Part shown: positions 9,353-17,496 of the stretch, in pieces
Numbering within the stretch: position 1 is the stretch's first letter
How the letters are laid out: every line of letters begins with the position of its first letter
DNA from: Rhodothermales bacterium
GTDB lineage: Bacteria; Bacteroidota; Rhodothermia; Rhodothermales; JAWWAN01
Length of the DNA stretch: 25,864 bases
Reading direction: 5' to 3'
Assembly (NCBI GenBank): GCA_033721675.1
Contig: JAWWAN010000001.1
Span: forward strand, 1 to 25,864
Made by a program: the position numbers and the translations under genes
Notes under the pieces: model-generated
Told to the model about the DNA's origin: nothing
What the model saw: only the letters and a program-made list of their open reading frames with translations
Database searches by the model: none

Positions 9353-9550
9353 ATGTCCAAGTTGATCCGTGCCCTCCTGATCTCGACGGTCGCCACCGGC
9401 GTGGCGGCCGTCGTCTGGCAGGCAATTCGCCCTGCTGCGCCGCCGGCCCCTGCTCCGGGCCACCCCCGCGCCGGAGACCCCGTCGAGGCGGATGCGTTGC
9501 CACCCGACCAGCGCGACCTGCTCCTGCGCGAGCTCGACGCGCAGTTGTAG
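9353..9550 (+). CDS. Small (65 aa) hypothetical protein with N-terminal hydrophobic helix
   Basis: MSKLIRALLISTVATGVAAVVWQA, Pro/Ala linker, C-terminal amphipathic helix DQRDLLLRELDAQL. Fills the gap between genes. Confidence 0.65.
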   Translation: MSKLIRALLISTVATGVAAVVWQAIRPAAPPAPAPGHPRAGDPVEADALPPDQRDLLLRELDAQL

Positions 9551-9645
9551 GGGCCGGCGTTGCGTCGCGCGTCGCTGGCACCTCTGGCGGCGGTTCGGTA
9601 TCCTGTGCGCAGACGCGCTCCCTTCCTGCTACCGGAGGACCCCCG

Positions 9646-10752
9646 ATGATGCAGCGTAGACTCTGGATGGCGGTGTGGCTGGCCGCGCTGGCCGCCGGCA
9701 CCGCCGTGGCCCAACCGGCGGCGGCGCCCGCGCCGGCCCGCCTGGCCGAGACCGTCGCCGAGGCCCGGCAGCGTGTGCAGGCGGCGCTCGCCGAGCAGGG
9801 CTTCCCCGGCATCGCCATCGCCGTCTCGGTGGAGGGCGAGACGGTCTGGTCCGAAGGCTTCGGCTATGCCGATCTGGAGCACCGCGTGCCGGTCTGGCCC
9901 ACCACCAAGTTTCGCATCGGCTCGATCTCGAAGCCGCTGACGGCCGCCGCCGTAGCGCAGCTCGTCGCCGCAGGCCGCCTGGACGCCGACGCCCCGGTGC
10001 AACGCTACGTGCCCACCTTCCCCGAGAAGCGCTGGCCCGTCACCACGCGCCAGCTCGGCGGCCACCTCGCCGGCGTGCGCCACTACCGGGGCGCCGAGTT
10101 TCTCATCCGCGACCCCTACGCGTCGGTCACGGCCGCGCTCGACGTCTTCAAGGCCGACACGCTCCTCCACGAGCCGGGCACGCGGTACGCGTATTCGAGC
10201 TACGGCTGGAACCTCCTCAGCGCCGTCGTGGAAGGGGCTGCCGGCGAGCCGTTCCTCGCCTACATGCGCAACCAGGTCTTCCGCCCGCTCGGCATGCACC
10301 ACACGGTGGCGGACCACCCGGACAGCCTGATCCTCCAGCGCGCCGGCTTCTACGACTATGGCACCGACGGCGCGCTCGTCAACGCGCCCTTCGTGAACAA
10401 CAGCTACAAGTGGGCCGGCGGCGGCTTTCTCTCGACCGTGGAAGACCTGCTCCGCTTCGGCAACGCCCACCTCGGCGATGACTTCCTTCCCCCCGAGGCG
10501 AAGGCGCTGCTGTTCACCGAGCAGACTACCGAAGCCGGGGAGGGCGTCGGCTACGGGTTCGGGTGGTTCGTCGGCACGGACGACGCCGGCCGCCGCCAGT
10601 GGTCCCACGGCGGCGGATCCATCGGCGGCACGTCGTGGCTCGGCCTCCAGCCGGATGCGCGCCTCGTCGTCGTCGGGCTCGTCAACCAGTCCCGCGCGGA
10701 CCTCGGCGTCGTGCGCGAGGTCTATCGCCTCTTCCTCGACGCCCTGGAATGA
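9646..10752 (+). CDS. Exported serine hydrolase, beta-lactamase class C / AmpC-like family
   Basis: GGAGG RBS at 9634-9638; signal peptide ending AVA-Q; catalytic GSISK (SxxK); YAYSSYG (Tyr motif); SHGG; FEPG-like HEPGTRY. Confidence 0.9.
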   Translation: MMQRRLWMAVWLAALAAGTAVAQPAAAPAPARLAETVAEARQRVQAALAEQGFPGIAIAVSVEGETVWSEGFGYADLEHRVPVWPTTKFRIGSISKPLTAAAVAQLVAAGRLDADAPVQRYVPTFPEKRWPVTTRQLGGHLAGVRHYRGAEFLIRDPYASVTAALDVFKADTLLHEPGTRYAYSSYGWNLLSAVVEGAAGEPFLAYMRNQVFRPLGMHHTVADHPDSLILQRAGFYDYGTDGALVNAPFVNNSYKWAGGGFLSTVEDLLRFGNAHLGDDFLPPEAKALLFTEQTTEAGEGVGYGFGWFVGTDDAGRRQWSHGGGSIGGTSWLGLQPDARLVVVGLVNQSRADLGVVREVYRLFLDALE

Positions 10753-11492
10753 AACGGAGCCTCCCGACCCTCCTCGCCGCGCTCGTGCTGCTGGCGTGTG
10801 CCGCGTGCGGCGCGGCGCAGAGCGACGCCCCGCCCCAGGCGACGCCCGCAGGACCGTTCCCGAAGCATGACGGCGTGCTCACGGCCGGCTTCGTCGGGTT
10901 GGAGACGGTCTACAACTCGGAGCTGATGGCGCCCTACGACGTGCTCCAGCATTCGGTCTTCCGCGACTCCGTCAACTACGTCGAGCCCTTCGTCGTCTCG
11001 CCCGACGGCGCGCCGTTCACGACGTTCGAGGGGATCACCGTGGTGCCGCACTACGGCTTCGACGACGCCCCGCCCATCGACATCCTGGTCATCCCCAGCA
11101 CGGGCGGCAGCATGACGACGGACCTGCAGGACGAGCGCCTGATGGCGTGGCTGAAGGACGCCGTCGCCCGGGCGAAGTACGTGATTACGGTCTGCGACGG
11201 GGCCTTCCCGCTCGCCGCCACGGGCGCCCTCGACGGTCGCACCGTCACCACGGTCCCCGCCGACCTCGACCGCCTCGCCGCGATGTTTCCCGAGGTGGAC
11301 GTCCGCTACGACGCGAATTTCGTCGTGGACGGCAAGTACATCACCTCCGTCGGGGGGGCGCTCAGCTACGAGCCGGCGCTCTACCTCGCCGAGCACCTCT
11401 ACGGCGCGGACCACGCCCGCCGCACCGCCGAAGGGCTCGTCCTGGACTGGGACGCCGCCGCGATCCCGCACCACATCGCCGGGCGGGAGTAA
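10749..11492 (+). CDS. DJ-1/PfpI family protein with N-terminal signal/lipoprotein peptide
   Basis: ATGA overlap with upstream stop; MKRSLPTLLAALVLLACAAC; nucleophile elbow ITVCDGAFPLA; DILVIP; FVVDGKYITSVG. Confidence 0.88.
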   Translation: MKRSLPTLLAALVLLACAACGAAQSDAPPQATPAGPFPKHDGVLTAGFVGLETVYNSELMAPYDVLQHSVFRDSVNYVEPFVVSPDGAPFTTFEGITVVPHYGFDDAPPIDILVIPSTGGSMTTDLQDERLMAWLKDAVARAKYVITVCDGAFPLAATGALDGRTVTTVPADLDRLAAMFPEVDVRYDANFVVDGKYITSVGGALSYEPALYLAEHLYGADHARRTAEGLVLDWDAAAIPHHIAGRE

Positions 11493-11526
11493 GCGGAGGC
11501 AGGCGGGGCCGCCGCCGTCCTTCTCG

Positions 11527-12516
11527 TCACCCGCCGGCGGGTTTCCGGTAGACGGCGAAGACGAAGTCGCTGGGGAGCTCGCCGGAGGCCAGGAGGGCGT
11601 CTTCCGCAGCGAAGCAGAGGTCGAGCCATCGGCGCGTCTCCGCAGTGTCGTCGAGGAAGTGGTGCGCGATGTCGTCGAAGAGGAGGTGGAGGACCGTGCC
11701 GCCGAACGGGCGTTCCTCGACGGGCCTGAAGCGCGCGCGGAGGAGGGGCCGGATGCGGTCGCTCTCGGCCGCCTCCGACGGATCCGAGAGGCGCATGGCG
11801 AGGCGGCCGGGGCGGAAGTGACGCGTCTTGACGGTCCCGCTCCGCCAGCGCTGCCGGTACGCGGCGGGCAGCACCCGCAGCAGCCCCGCGACGGCCTCGA
11901 GCTGGCGGTCCGTCCATTGAAACCGGGCCGGCCCGACGAAGTCGCGCACGACGACGAGGCCGCCGGGCCGTAGCGCTGCGGCGAGCCGGTCCAGCACGGG
12001 TTCGAGCGGGGTGAAGTGGTGGAGCGCGTTTTCGGCCAGCAGCACGTCGTAGCCGTGGCGCGGCAGGGCGAGCGAGCGGACGTCGGCGGCCTCGAAGTGC
12101 AACACCGCGCCGAGACCGGCCTCCGCGGCAGCCCGGCGCGCTGCCGCGATGCGCGGCGCAGAGAGGTCGTAGGCATCGATCCGCGCGAAGGCCCCGGTGG
12201 CGGCCCAGCGCCGCTCGTTGGCGCCCGTCCCGCAGCCGACGGCCAGGCCGGCCAGCGGCGCACGCCCGGCCAGATACGTCTGGGCGACGTAGTCCGCCGG
12301 CTCCAGGTCGGCGTCGCCGGTGACGAGCCGGTTCCAGCGGCGGCGGACGGCGGGGATGCTGCCCCAGTGCTTGGGGGGGTGGCCGGTGTGCCGCCACGCC
12401 GCCGCCGTCCGCGCATCCGTGCGCGAGAACGCGCCGAGCAGGCGCCGCGCGTAGCCCTGCCGCAGCTTCTCGGCGAGCCGCCGCGCGTCGTCCAGGCTGA
12501 TGAGGTTGTCGAACAT
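11527..12516 (-). CDS. Class I SAM-dependent methyltransferase
   Basis: Motif I LAVGCGTG, IDAYDLS, FEAADV, YDVLL..NALHH, LAAALRPGGLVV. Substrate unknown. Confidence 0.88.
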   Translation of the reverse strand: MFDNLISLDDARRLAEKLRQGYARRLLGAFSRTDARTAAAWRHTGHPPKHWGSIPAVRRRWNRLVTGDADLEPADYVAQTYLAGRAPLAGLAVGCGTGANERRWAATGAFARIDAYDLSAPRIAAARRAAAEAGLGAVLHFEAADVRSLALPRHGYDVLLAENALHHFTPLEPVLDRLAAALRPGGLVVVRDFVGPARFQWTDRQLEAVAGLLRVLPAAYRQRWRSGTVKTRHFRPGRLAMRLSDPSEAAESDRIRPLLRARFRPVEERPFGGTVLHLLFDDIAHHFLDDTAETRRWLDLCFAAEDALLASGELPSDFVFAVYRKPAGG

Positions 12517-12571
12517 CTGTGTTTCCGTGTTCGAGTATGCGCGTGTTCCGGTGAAGGATGCGAAGCCGGGA

Positions 12572-12594
12572 GGCCGGATCCCCGGGATCCGGCC
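12572..12594. repeat. Perfect 11-bp inverted repeat between divergent genes
   Basis: GGCCGGATCCC-C-GGGATCCGGCC. Confidence 0.85.
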
Positions 12595-12659
12595 GTACGA
12601 ACCTTCGCCGGGGGCGGGCGTTCATCGATACGCGCCGAAAATCCGCATTTTCTACCCGT

Positions 12660-13736
12660 ATGATCAACCGCGAGACGTTACACGAGATCAAGCGCCGCCA
12701 CGACGAGGTGACGCAGGCGATGAGCCGCCCGGAGGTCGCCACGGACCCCGAGCAGATGGCGGCGCTGGGCCGTGAGCACCGCGAGCTGGCGCCCGTCGTG
12801 AAGGCCATCGAGGCGTACGAGGCGTTGCTGCGCGAGCGGGAGGGCCTGCGCGAGCTGATCGAGGAGGGCGGCGACGCCGACCTCGAAAAGATGGCGCGGG
12901 CCGAGCTGGAGGCGCTCGACGCGCGGCTGCCGGACGTCGAGGAGGCGCTGCGGCTGCAGCTCATCCCCAAAGATCCCGAGGACGCCAAGGACGCCATCGT
13001 CGAGATCCGTGCCGGCACGGGCGGCGACGAGGCGGCGCTCTTCGCGGGCGATCTGTTCCGCATGTACGAGCGCTTCGCCGAGCGGCAGGGCTGGCGCATC
13101 GAGACCATGGAGGCGTCGGCCGGCACCGTCGGCGGCTTCAAGGAGATCGTCTTCGGGGTGCGCGGCGCGGGCGTCTTCGGGCAGCTCAAGTACGAGAACG
13201 GCGTCCACCGCGTCCAGCGCGTGCCCGAGACCGAGAGCAGCGGGCGCATCCACACCTCCGCCGCGTCCGTGGCGGTGCTGCCCGAGGCCGAGGACGTGGA
13301 CATCCACATCGAGCCCAACGAGCTGAAGATCGACGTCTACCGCTCCAGCGGGCCGGGCGGGCAGAGCGTCAACACGACCGACTCGGCCGTCCGCATCACC
13401 CACATCCCGACGGGCCTCGTCGTGACGTGCCAGGACGAGAAGAGCCAGCACAAGAACAAGGACAAGGCGCTGCGCGTGCTGCGCGCCCGGCTCTACGAGC
13501 AGGAGCTGGAGAAGCACCGCGCCGAGCGCGACGCCGTCCGCCGCAGCGCCGTCGGCACCGGCGACCGCTCGGCCAAGATCCGCACGTACAACTTCCCGCA
13601 GGACCGCGTGACGGACCACCGCCTGGAGGGCGACGACAAGAACCACCCGCTGCGCAGCGTCATCAACGGCGAGCTGGACGCCATCGTCGCCGCCCTCCGC
13701 ACCGTGGACAACGCCGAGCGCCTCGCCAACCTGTAG
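12660..13736 (+). CDS. prfA: Peptide chain release factor 1
   Basis: [30 protein letters not shown] (RF1-type PxT), SGPGGQSVN (GGQ), KIRTYNFPQ. Start ATG 12660. Confidence 0.97.
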   Translation: MINRETLHEIKRRHDEVTQAMSRPEVATDPEQMAALGREHRELAPVVKAIEAYEALLREREGLRELIEEGGDADLEKMARAELEALDARLPDVEEALRLQLIPKDPEDAKDAIVEIRAGTGGDEAALFAGDLFRMYERFAERQGWRIETMEASAGTVGGFKEIVFGVRGAGVFGQLKYENGVHRVQRVPETESSGRIHTSAASVAVLPEAEDVDIHIEPNELKIDVYRSSGPGGQSVNTTDSAVRITHIPTGLVVTCQDEKSQHKNKDKALRVLRARLYEQELEKHRAERDAVRRSAVGTGDRSAKIRTYNFPQDRVTDHRLEGDDKNHPLRSVINGELDAIVAALRTVDNAERLANL

Positions 13737-13863
13737 GGAAGGGCCAGGCGGGAAGGGCGTTCTTCCCCCTTCGCTTCTCCCCGCTTTTCCCCGTTATTTC
13801 ATCCCTTCGGGGAAGCGAGCGGGGCGGCGGCGGCGTATCTTGCCCTGCTCTTTCGCACTCCCT

Positions 13864-13918
13864 GCTCCCACCGCCGTGGGGGCATGACGTGACGATTCAC
13901 TCAGTCATCCCACAGGGA
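13864..13918 (+). promoter_or_regulatory. Structured rpsF 5' leader (candidate autoregulatory element)
   Basis: Three consecutive hairpins: GCTCCCAC/GTGGGGGC, ATGAC-GTGA/TCAC-GTCAT and TCCC/GGGA, ending 4 nt before the ATG. A -10-like TATCTT lies at 13836-13841. Confidence 0.4.
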
Positions 13919-13922
13919 CATT

Positions 13923-14282
13923 ATGGCTCAGCAGACACACACGTACGAGTTTACGTACATCATCACGCCCGTCATCAGCGACGAGCAGACCAAAGACATC
14001 GTCCGCCGCGTGCAGAAGTTCATCGAGGAGCACGGCGGCACGGTCATCGAGGTAGACGAGTGGGGCTCGCGCCGCCTGGCCTACCCGATCAACAAGAAGC
14101 GCAACGGTTATTACGTCAACCTCTACTTCGAGGCCCCCGGCGAGATCATCCCCCGCCTGGAGCGCGCCATGGAGATCGACGACAACATCCTGCGGTACCT
14201 GACGCTGCGGATGGACAAGAAGATGCTCCAGCATTACGAGCGCCGCAAGAAGGAGCAGCCGGCCGCCGAAGCCGCCGAGTAA
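13923..14282 (+). CDS. rpsF: 30S ribosomal protein S6
   Basis: YEFTYII, WGSRRLAYPINKKRNGYY, ILRYL. Confidence 0.97.
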   Translation: MAQQTHTYEFTYIITPVISDEQTKDIVRRVQKFIEEHGGTVIEVDEWGSRRLAYPINKKRNGYYVNLYFEAPGEIIPRLERAMEIDDNILRYLTLRMDKKMLQHYERRKKEQPAAEAAE

Positions 14283-14327
14283 GCGGCCCGCGCCGTCCAC
14301 CCCGCACCTCAATCTCCGATATAGACC

Positions 14328-14525
14328 ATGGCTACGCAGAAAGAACTGTTGTACGTCGATTACAAAGACACCGAGTTGCTCCAGCGCTACATCAACGAGC
14401 AGGGCAAGATGCTGCCCCGCCGCGTCACGGGCGTCTCGGCCAAGATGCAGCGGCAGATCACGCGCGCCGTCAAGCGCGCCCGCCACCTCGCCCTGCTGCC
14501 CTTCGTCGCCGACTCGGTACGGTAG
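14328..14525 (+). CDS. rpsR: 30S ribosomal protein S18 (cysteine-free form)
   Basis: [34 protein letters not shown]. Confidence 0.97.
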   Translation: MATQKELLYVDYKDTELLQRYINEQGKMLPRRVTGVSAKMQRQITRAVKRARHLALLPFVADSVR

Positions 14526-14627
14526 GGTGCTCCCGTGCGCGCGGGGGCTCGTGTTCCGTGCCGAAGAAGGGACGGGCCCGGGGCCGCGCAGCCACGTGAA
14601 CACGCGAACCCCAAAGAAGATAGACCC

Positions 14628-15131
14628 ATGAAAGTTATTCTCTTGCAGGACGTCGAGAAGCTGGGCGAGGAGGGCGAGATCGTCACCGTCAAGGCCGGCT
14701 ACGGGCGCAACTACCTCATCCCGCAGGGCATCGCGCGGCTCGCCACGGACGGCGTCGTCAAGGCGCGGCGCGAGGAGATCCGCCAGCAGGCCCGCAAGCG
14801 CGCCCAGCGCGAGGCGGACGCGGTGGCGCTCAAGAAGCAGCTCGAAGGCACCGAGGTCGTCGTCGAGGCGCGCGTCGGTGAGGAGAACCGCATCTTCGGC
14901 ACGGTCACGCCGCAGCAGGTGGCGCTCAAGCTCGCCACGCAGGGCTTCGAGATCGACCGCCGCCAGATCGAGCTGGCCGAGGACATCCGCGTCATCGGCA
15001 TCTACACGGCCCACGTGAAGCTCCACACCAACGTCGTGGCCGACCTCAAGGTGCGCGTCATCCCCGAGGGGGGCGTCGCGGCCGATGCCGAGCCCGAGCC
15101 CGAGGCGACGGAAGAGGCCGAGGAGGCCTAG
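14628..15131 (+). CDS. rplI: 50S ribosomal protein L9
   Basis: MKVILLQDVEKLG...VKAGYGRNYLIP, RIFGTVT; acidic C-terminal tail. Start ATG 14628. Confidence 0.97.
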   Translation: MKVILLQDVEKLGEEGEIVTVKAGYGRNYLIPQGIARLATDGVVKARREEIRQQARKRAQREADAVALKKQLEGTEVVVEARVGEENRIFGTVTPQQVALKLATQGFEIDRRQIELAEDIRVIGIYTAHVKLHTNVVADLKVRVIPEGGVAADAEPEPEATEEAEEA

Positions 15132-15353
15132 CCCGCCCGCATCGCGGCAACAATCCCGACGGGGTGCTCGTTAGCGATTCAGCGCGGCGGGCACCCCGTT
15201 TCTGGTATGAACGGGCCGATGGAAGGAGGGTGCGGGGCGGGGCAGGACGCGCATCCTGCCGGCGTCCCCTTCCCATCCTCCGGCCCGCGTAACACCCCCG
15301 GGCGCTCGCTTACGAACGTAGCGCCGGATCGCTCCGAAACGCCTCGTCTCCCC

Positions 15354-17378
15354 ATGTCTCTCGCACGTCTGGTCGCGTTCTGTACCGTCGCCGGCGCGCT
15401 GCTCGCGCCGGGCGCGGGGGCGCAGACCATCGGCCCCGCCACCGACTATGTGACGTGGACGGCCTACGCCGAGCCGCCCCAGGCCGAGGGCGGGGCGGTG
15501 CTTCTGAGCCTCCGCGCGTCGATTGATGCGGGGTGGAAGATGTACGCGCTGGACGCGCCGCCGCCCACGCGCGCGCTCCGCGTCGAGCTGGGGGCGCTGC
15601 CGGCGGGGCTCGCGGCGCCGGACACGTTCTACCAGGAGGGCGCCCGCACCGGCTACGATCCGAACTTCAGGATGGACGTCCGGTACTTCGCCGACCGGGC
15701 CGAGGTCTGGGCGGAGCTGCCGGCCCGCGCCCCGGAAGGCGGCCGCGCCACGCTCGACGGGCGCGTTTTCTTCCAGATCTGCAACGACCGCCTCTGCCTG
15801 CCGCCCACCAGCGTGCCCTTCGCGGCGGCCCTGCGGCTGCCTGCCGCCCCGGCCGGAGCGCCGCCGGCAGACCCGGAGGCGGCGGTCCCGCCATCCGCCG
15901 GGCCGCCGTCCGCCGACCCGCCGCGCTTCGTCCCGGACGACGCCCCGGCGCTCGAGCCGGAGGCGCCGCCGGTGCCGGAGACGGACGCCGCCGTCGCGCC
16001 GCCGAGCGACTTCGAGGCGTCGCGGGCGGGCGGGCTGTGGGGGTTCCTGCTGCTGGCCGTCGGCGCCGGGCTGGCGGCCCTGCTGACCCCGTGTGTCTTC
16101 CCGATGATCCCGCTGACGGTGTCGTACTTCACCAAGCATGCCGGAGACCCCGGCGCGGCGGTGCGGATGGCGCTCGTGTACGGCGGCGCCATCGTGCTCA
16201 CCTTCACCGGGCTGGGCGTGCTGATGGCCCTCCTGGTGGGCGCCGCCGGGGCGCAGTCGTTCGCGACGAACCCGTGGGTGAACCTGTTCATCGGCCTCGT
16301 CTTCGTGCTCTTCGCCCTCTCGCTGCTGGGGCTGTTCGAGCTGCGCGTGCCCTCCGGCCTGGTCAACTTCTTCAACCGCAAGAGCAGCGAGAAGATGGGC
16401 TACACGGGCGTGCTCTTCATGGGGTTCACGCTCACGCTCGTCTCGTTCTCGTGCACGGCGCCGTTCGTGGGCGGGTTGCTGGCCGCCACCACGCAGGGCG
16501 CGTGGTCCTATCCCATCCTCGGGATGCTGGTCTTCAGCGCCACCTTCTCGCTTCCGTTCATGTTCTTCGCCCTCTTCCCGCGCGCGCTCAGCGCCCTTCC
16601 GCGGTCCGGCTCGTGGATGAACGCGGTGAAGGTGGTGCTGGGCTTCATCGAGCTCGCCGCGGCGCTCAAGTTCCTGTCCAACGCGGACCTGGTGTGGGGC
16701 TGGGGGCTGATCTCGCGGACGCTCGCGATAGCGCTCATCGTGGTGCTGTTCTTCCTGGCGGGGCTGTACCTGATCGGGCGGCTGCCCCTCAAGCACGAGC
16801 CGGCCCCCGAGGCCATCGGCGTCGGGCGGCTGCTCTTCGCCATCGCGTTCTTCGGCCTCTCGCTCTACATGCTGCCCGGCCTGCTCGGCGCCCCGCTCAA
16901 CAAGCTCGACGCCTACCTGCCGCCGCGCCAGTCTGACGACGTGAGCCTCTACCACCTCTTCCCGCGCGGCACCGCGGCGGCGCTCGACGACGAGCAGTGG
17001 ATCGTGGACGACGTGGAGGCGGCCTTCGCCGAGGCCGAGGTGCAGGACAAGCCCGTGCTGATCGACTTCACCGGCTACACCTGCACGAACTGCCGCGAGA
17101 TGGAGGCCAACGTCTTCACGAAGCCCGCCATCGCCGAGCGCTTCGCGCGCGACTTCGTGCTGCTGCGGCTCTACACGGACGGCCCGCGCGACACCGAGCT
17201 CCAGCGGTACCAGCTCGAACTCACCGGCACGGTGGCCCTGCCCACCTACGCCGTCGTCAGCCCGCGCACGCCCGAGCGCCCGCTCGTCAAGCTCAGCGGC
17301 ACCGTCCCCGTGGAGCGCTTCGCGGCGTTCCTGGATGAGGGCGCGGCGACGTACCTGCGCAACCTCGCCGCGCGATGA
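15354..17378 (+). CDS. dsbD: Protein-disulfide reductase DsbD family (N-domain, TM domain, thioredoxin domain)
   Basis: Signal peptide; N-domain ICNDRLC; TM cysteines LLTPCVFPMIP and SFSCTAP; thioredoxin FTGYTCTNC; Pro/Ala-rich linker. Start ATG 15354. Confidence 0.92.
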   Translation: MSLARLVAFCTVAGALLAPGAGAQTIGPATDYVTWTAYAEPPQAEGGAVLLSLRASIDAGWKMYALDAPPPTRALRVELGALPAGLAAPDTFYQEGARTGYDPNFRMDVRYFADRAEVWAELPARAPEGGRATLDGRVFFQICNDRLCLPPTSVPFAAALRLPAAPAGAPPADPEAAVPPSAGPPSADPPRFVPDDAPALEPEAPPVPETDAAVAPPSDFEASRAGGLWGFLLLAVGAGLAALLTPCVFPMIPLTVSYFTKHAGDPGAAVRMALVYGGAIVLTFTGLGVLMALLVGAAGAQSFATNPWVNLFIGLVFVLFALSLLGLFELRVPSGLVNFFNRKSSEKMGYTGVLFMGFTLTLVSFSCTAPFVGGLLAATTQGAWSYPILGMLVFSATFSLPFMFFALFPRALSALPRSGSWMNAVKVVLGFIELAAALKFLSNADLVWGWGLISRTLAIALIVVLFFLAGLYLIGRLPLKHEPAPEAIGVGRLLFAIAFFGLSLYMLPGLLGAPLNKLDAYLPPRQSDDVSLYHLFPRGTAAALDDEQWIVDDVEAAFAEAEVQDKPVLIDFTGYTCTNCREMEANVFTKPAIAERFARDFVLLRLYTDGPRDTELQRYQLELTGTVALPTYAVVSPRTPERPLVKLSGTVPVERFAAFLDEGAATYLRNLAAR

Positions 17379-17399
17379 AGGCGCACCTCCGGCTGAAGT

Positions 17400-17439
17400 A
17401 AAAAAGACGCCCGCTCAAGTGCAGAGCGGGCGTCTTTTT
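17400..17439. terminator. Bidirectional Rho-independent terminator
   Basis: A6-GACGCCCGCTC-(7 nt loop)-GAGCGGGCGTC-T5, between convergent dsbD and the lipoprotein gene. Confidence 0.93.
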
Positions 17440-17496
17440 CGATGAGGCGCTTTACGGAGCGACGAACCCCATCCGGTACGGAAAGTGGAGCGGGGG

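Noticed and set aside
6967-10608. 1213-aa minus-strand ORF and other very long alternative-frame ORFs (2895..5726, 15171..16955, 23494..25398, 11399..13318)
   Set aside because: They overlap well-supported genes, are Arg/Gly/Ala/Pro-rich without motifs, and are expected shadows of high-GC codon bias.
9646-10752. Calling the serine hydrolase a resistance beta-lactamase
   Set aside because: It has YSS rather than YxN and HGG rather than KTG, typical of the broad esterase/peptidase family.
12660-13736. Programmed frameshift or RF2 identity
   Set aside because: The ORF is continuous and has the RF1 PxT motif, not SPF.
13750-13767. Hairpin GGGAAG/CTTCCC after prfA as a terminator
   Set aside because: Only a 6-bp stem and no clean U-tract.
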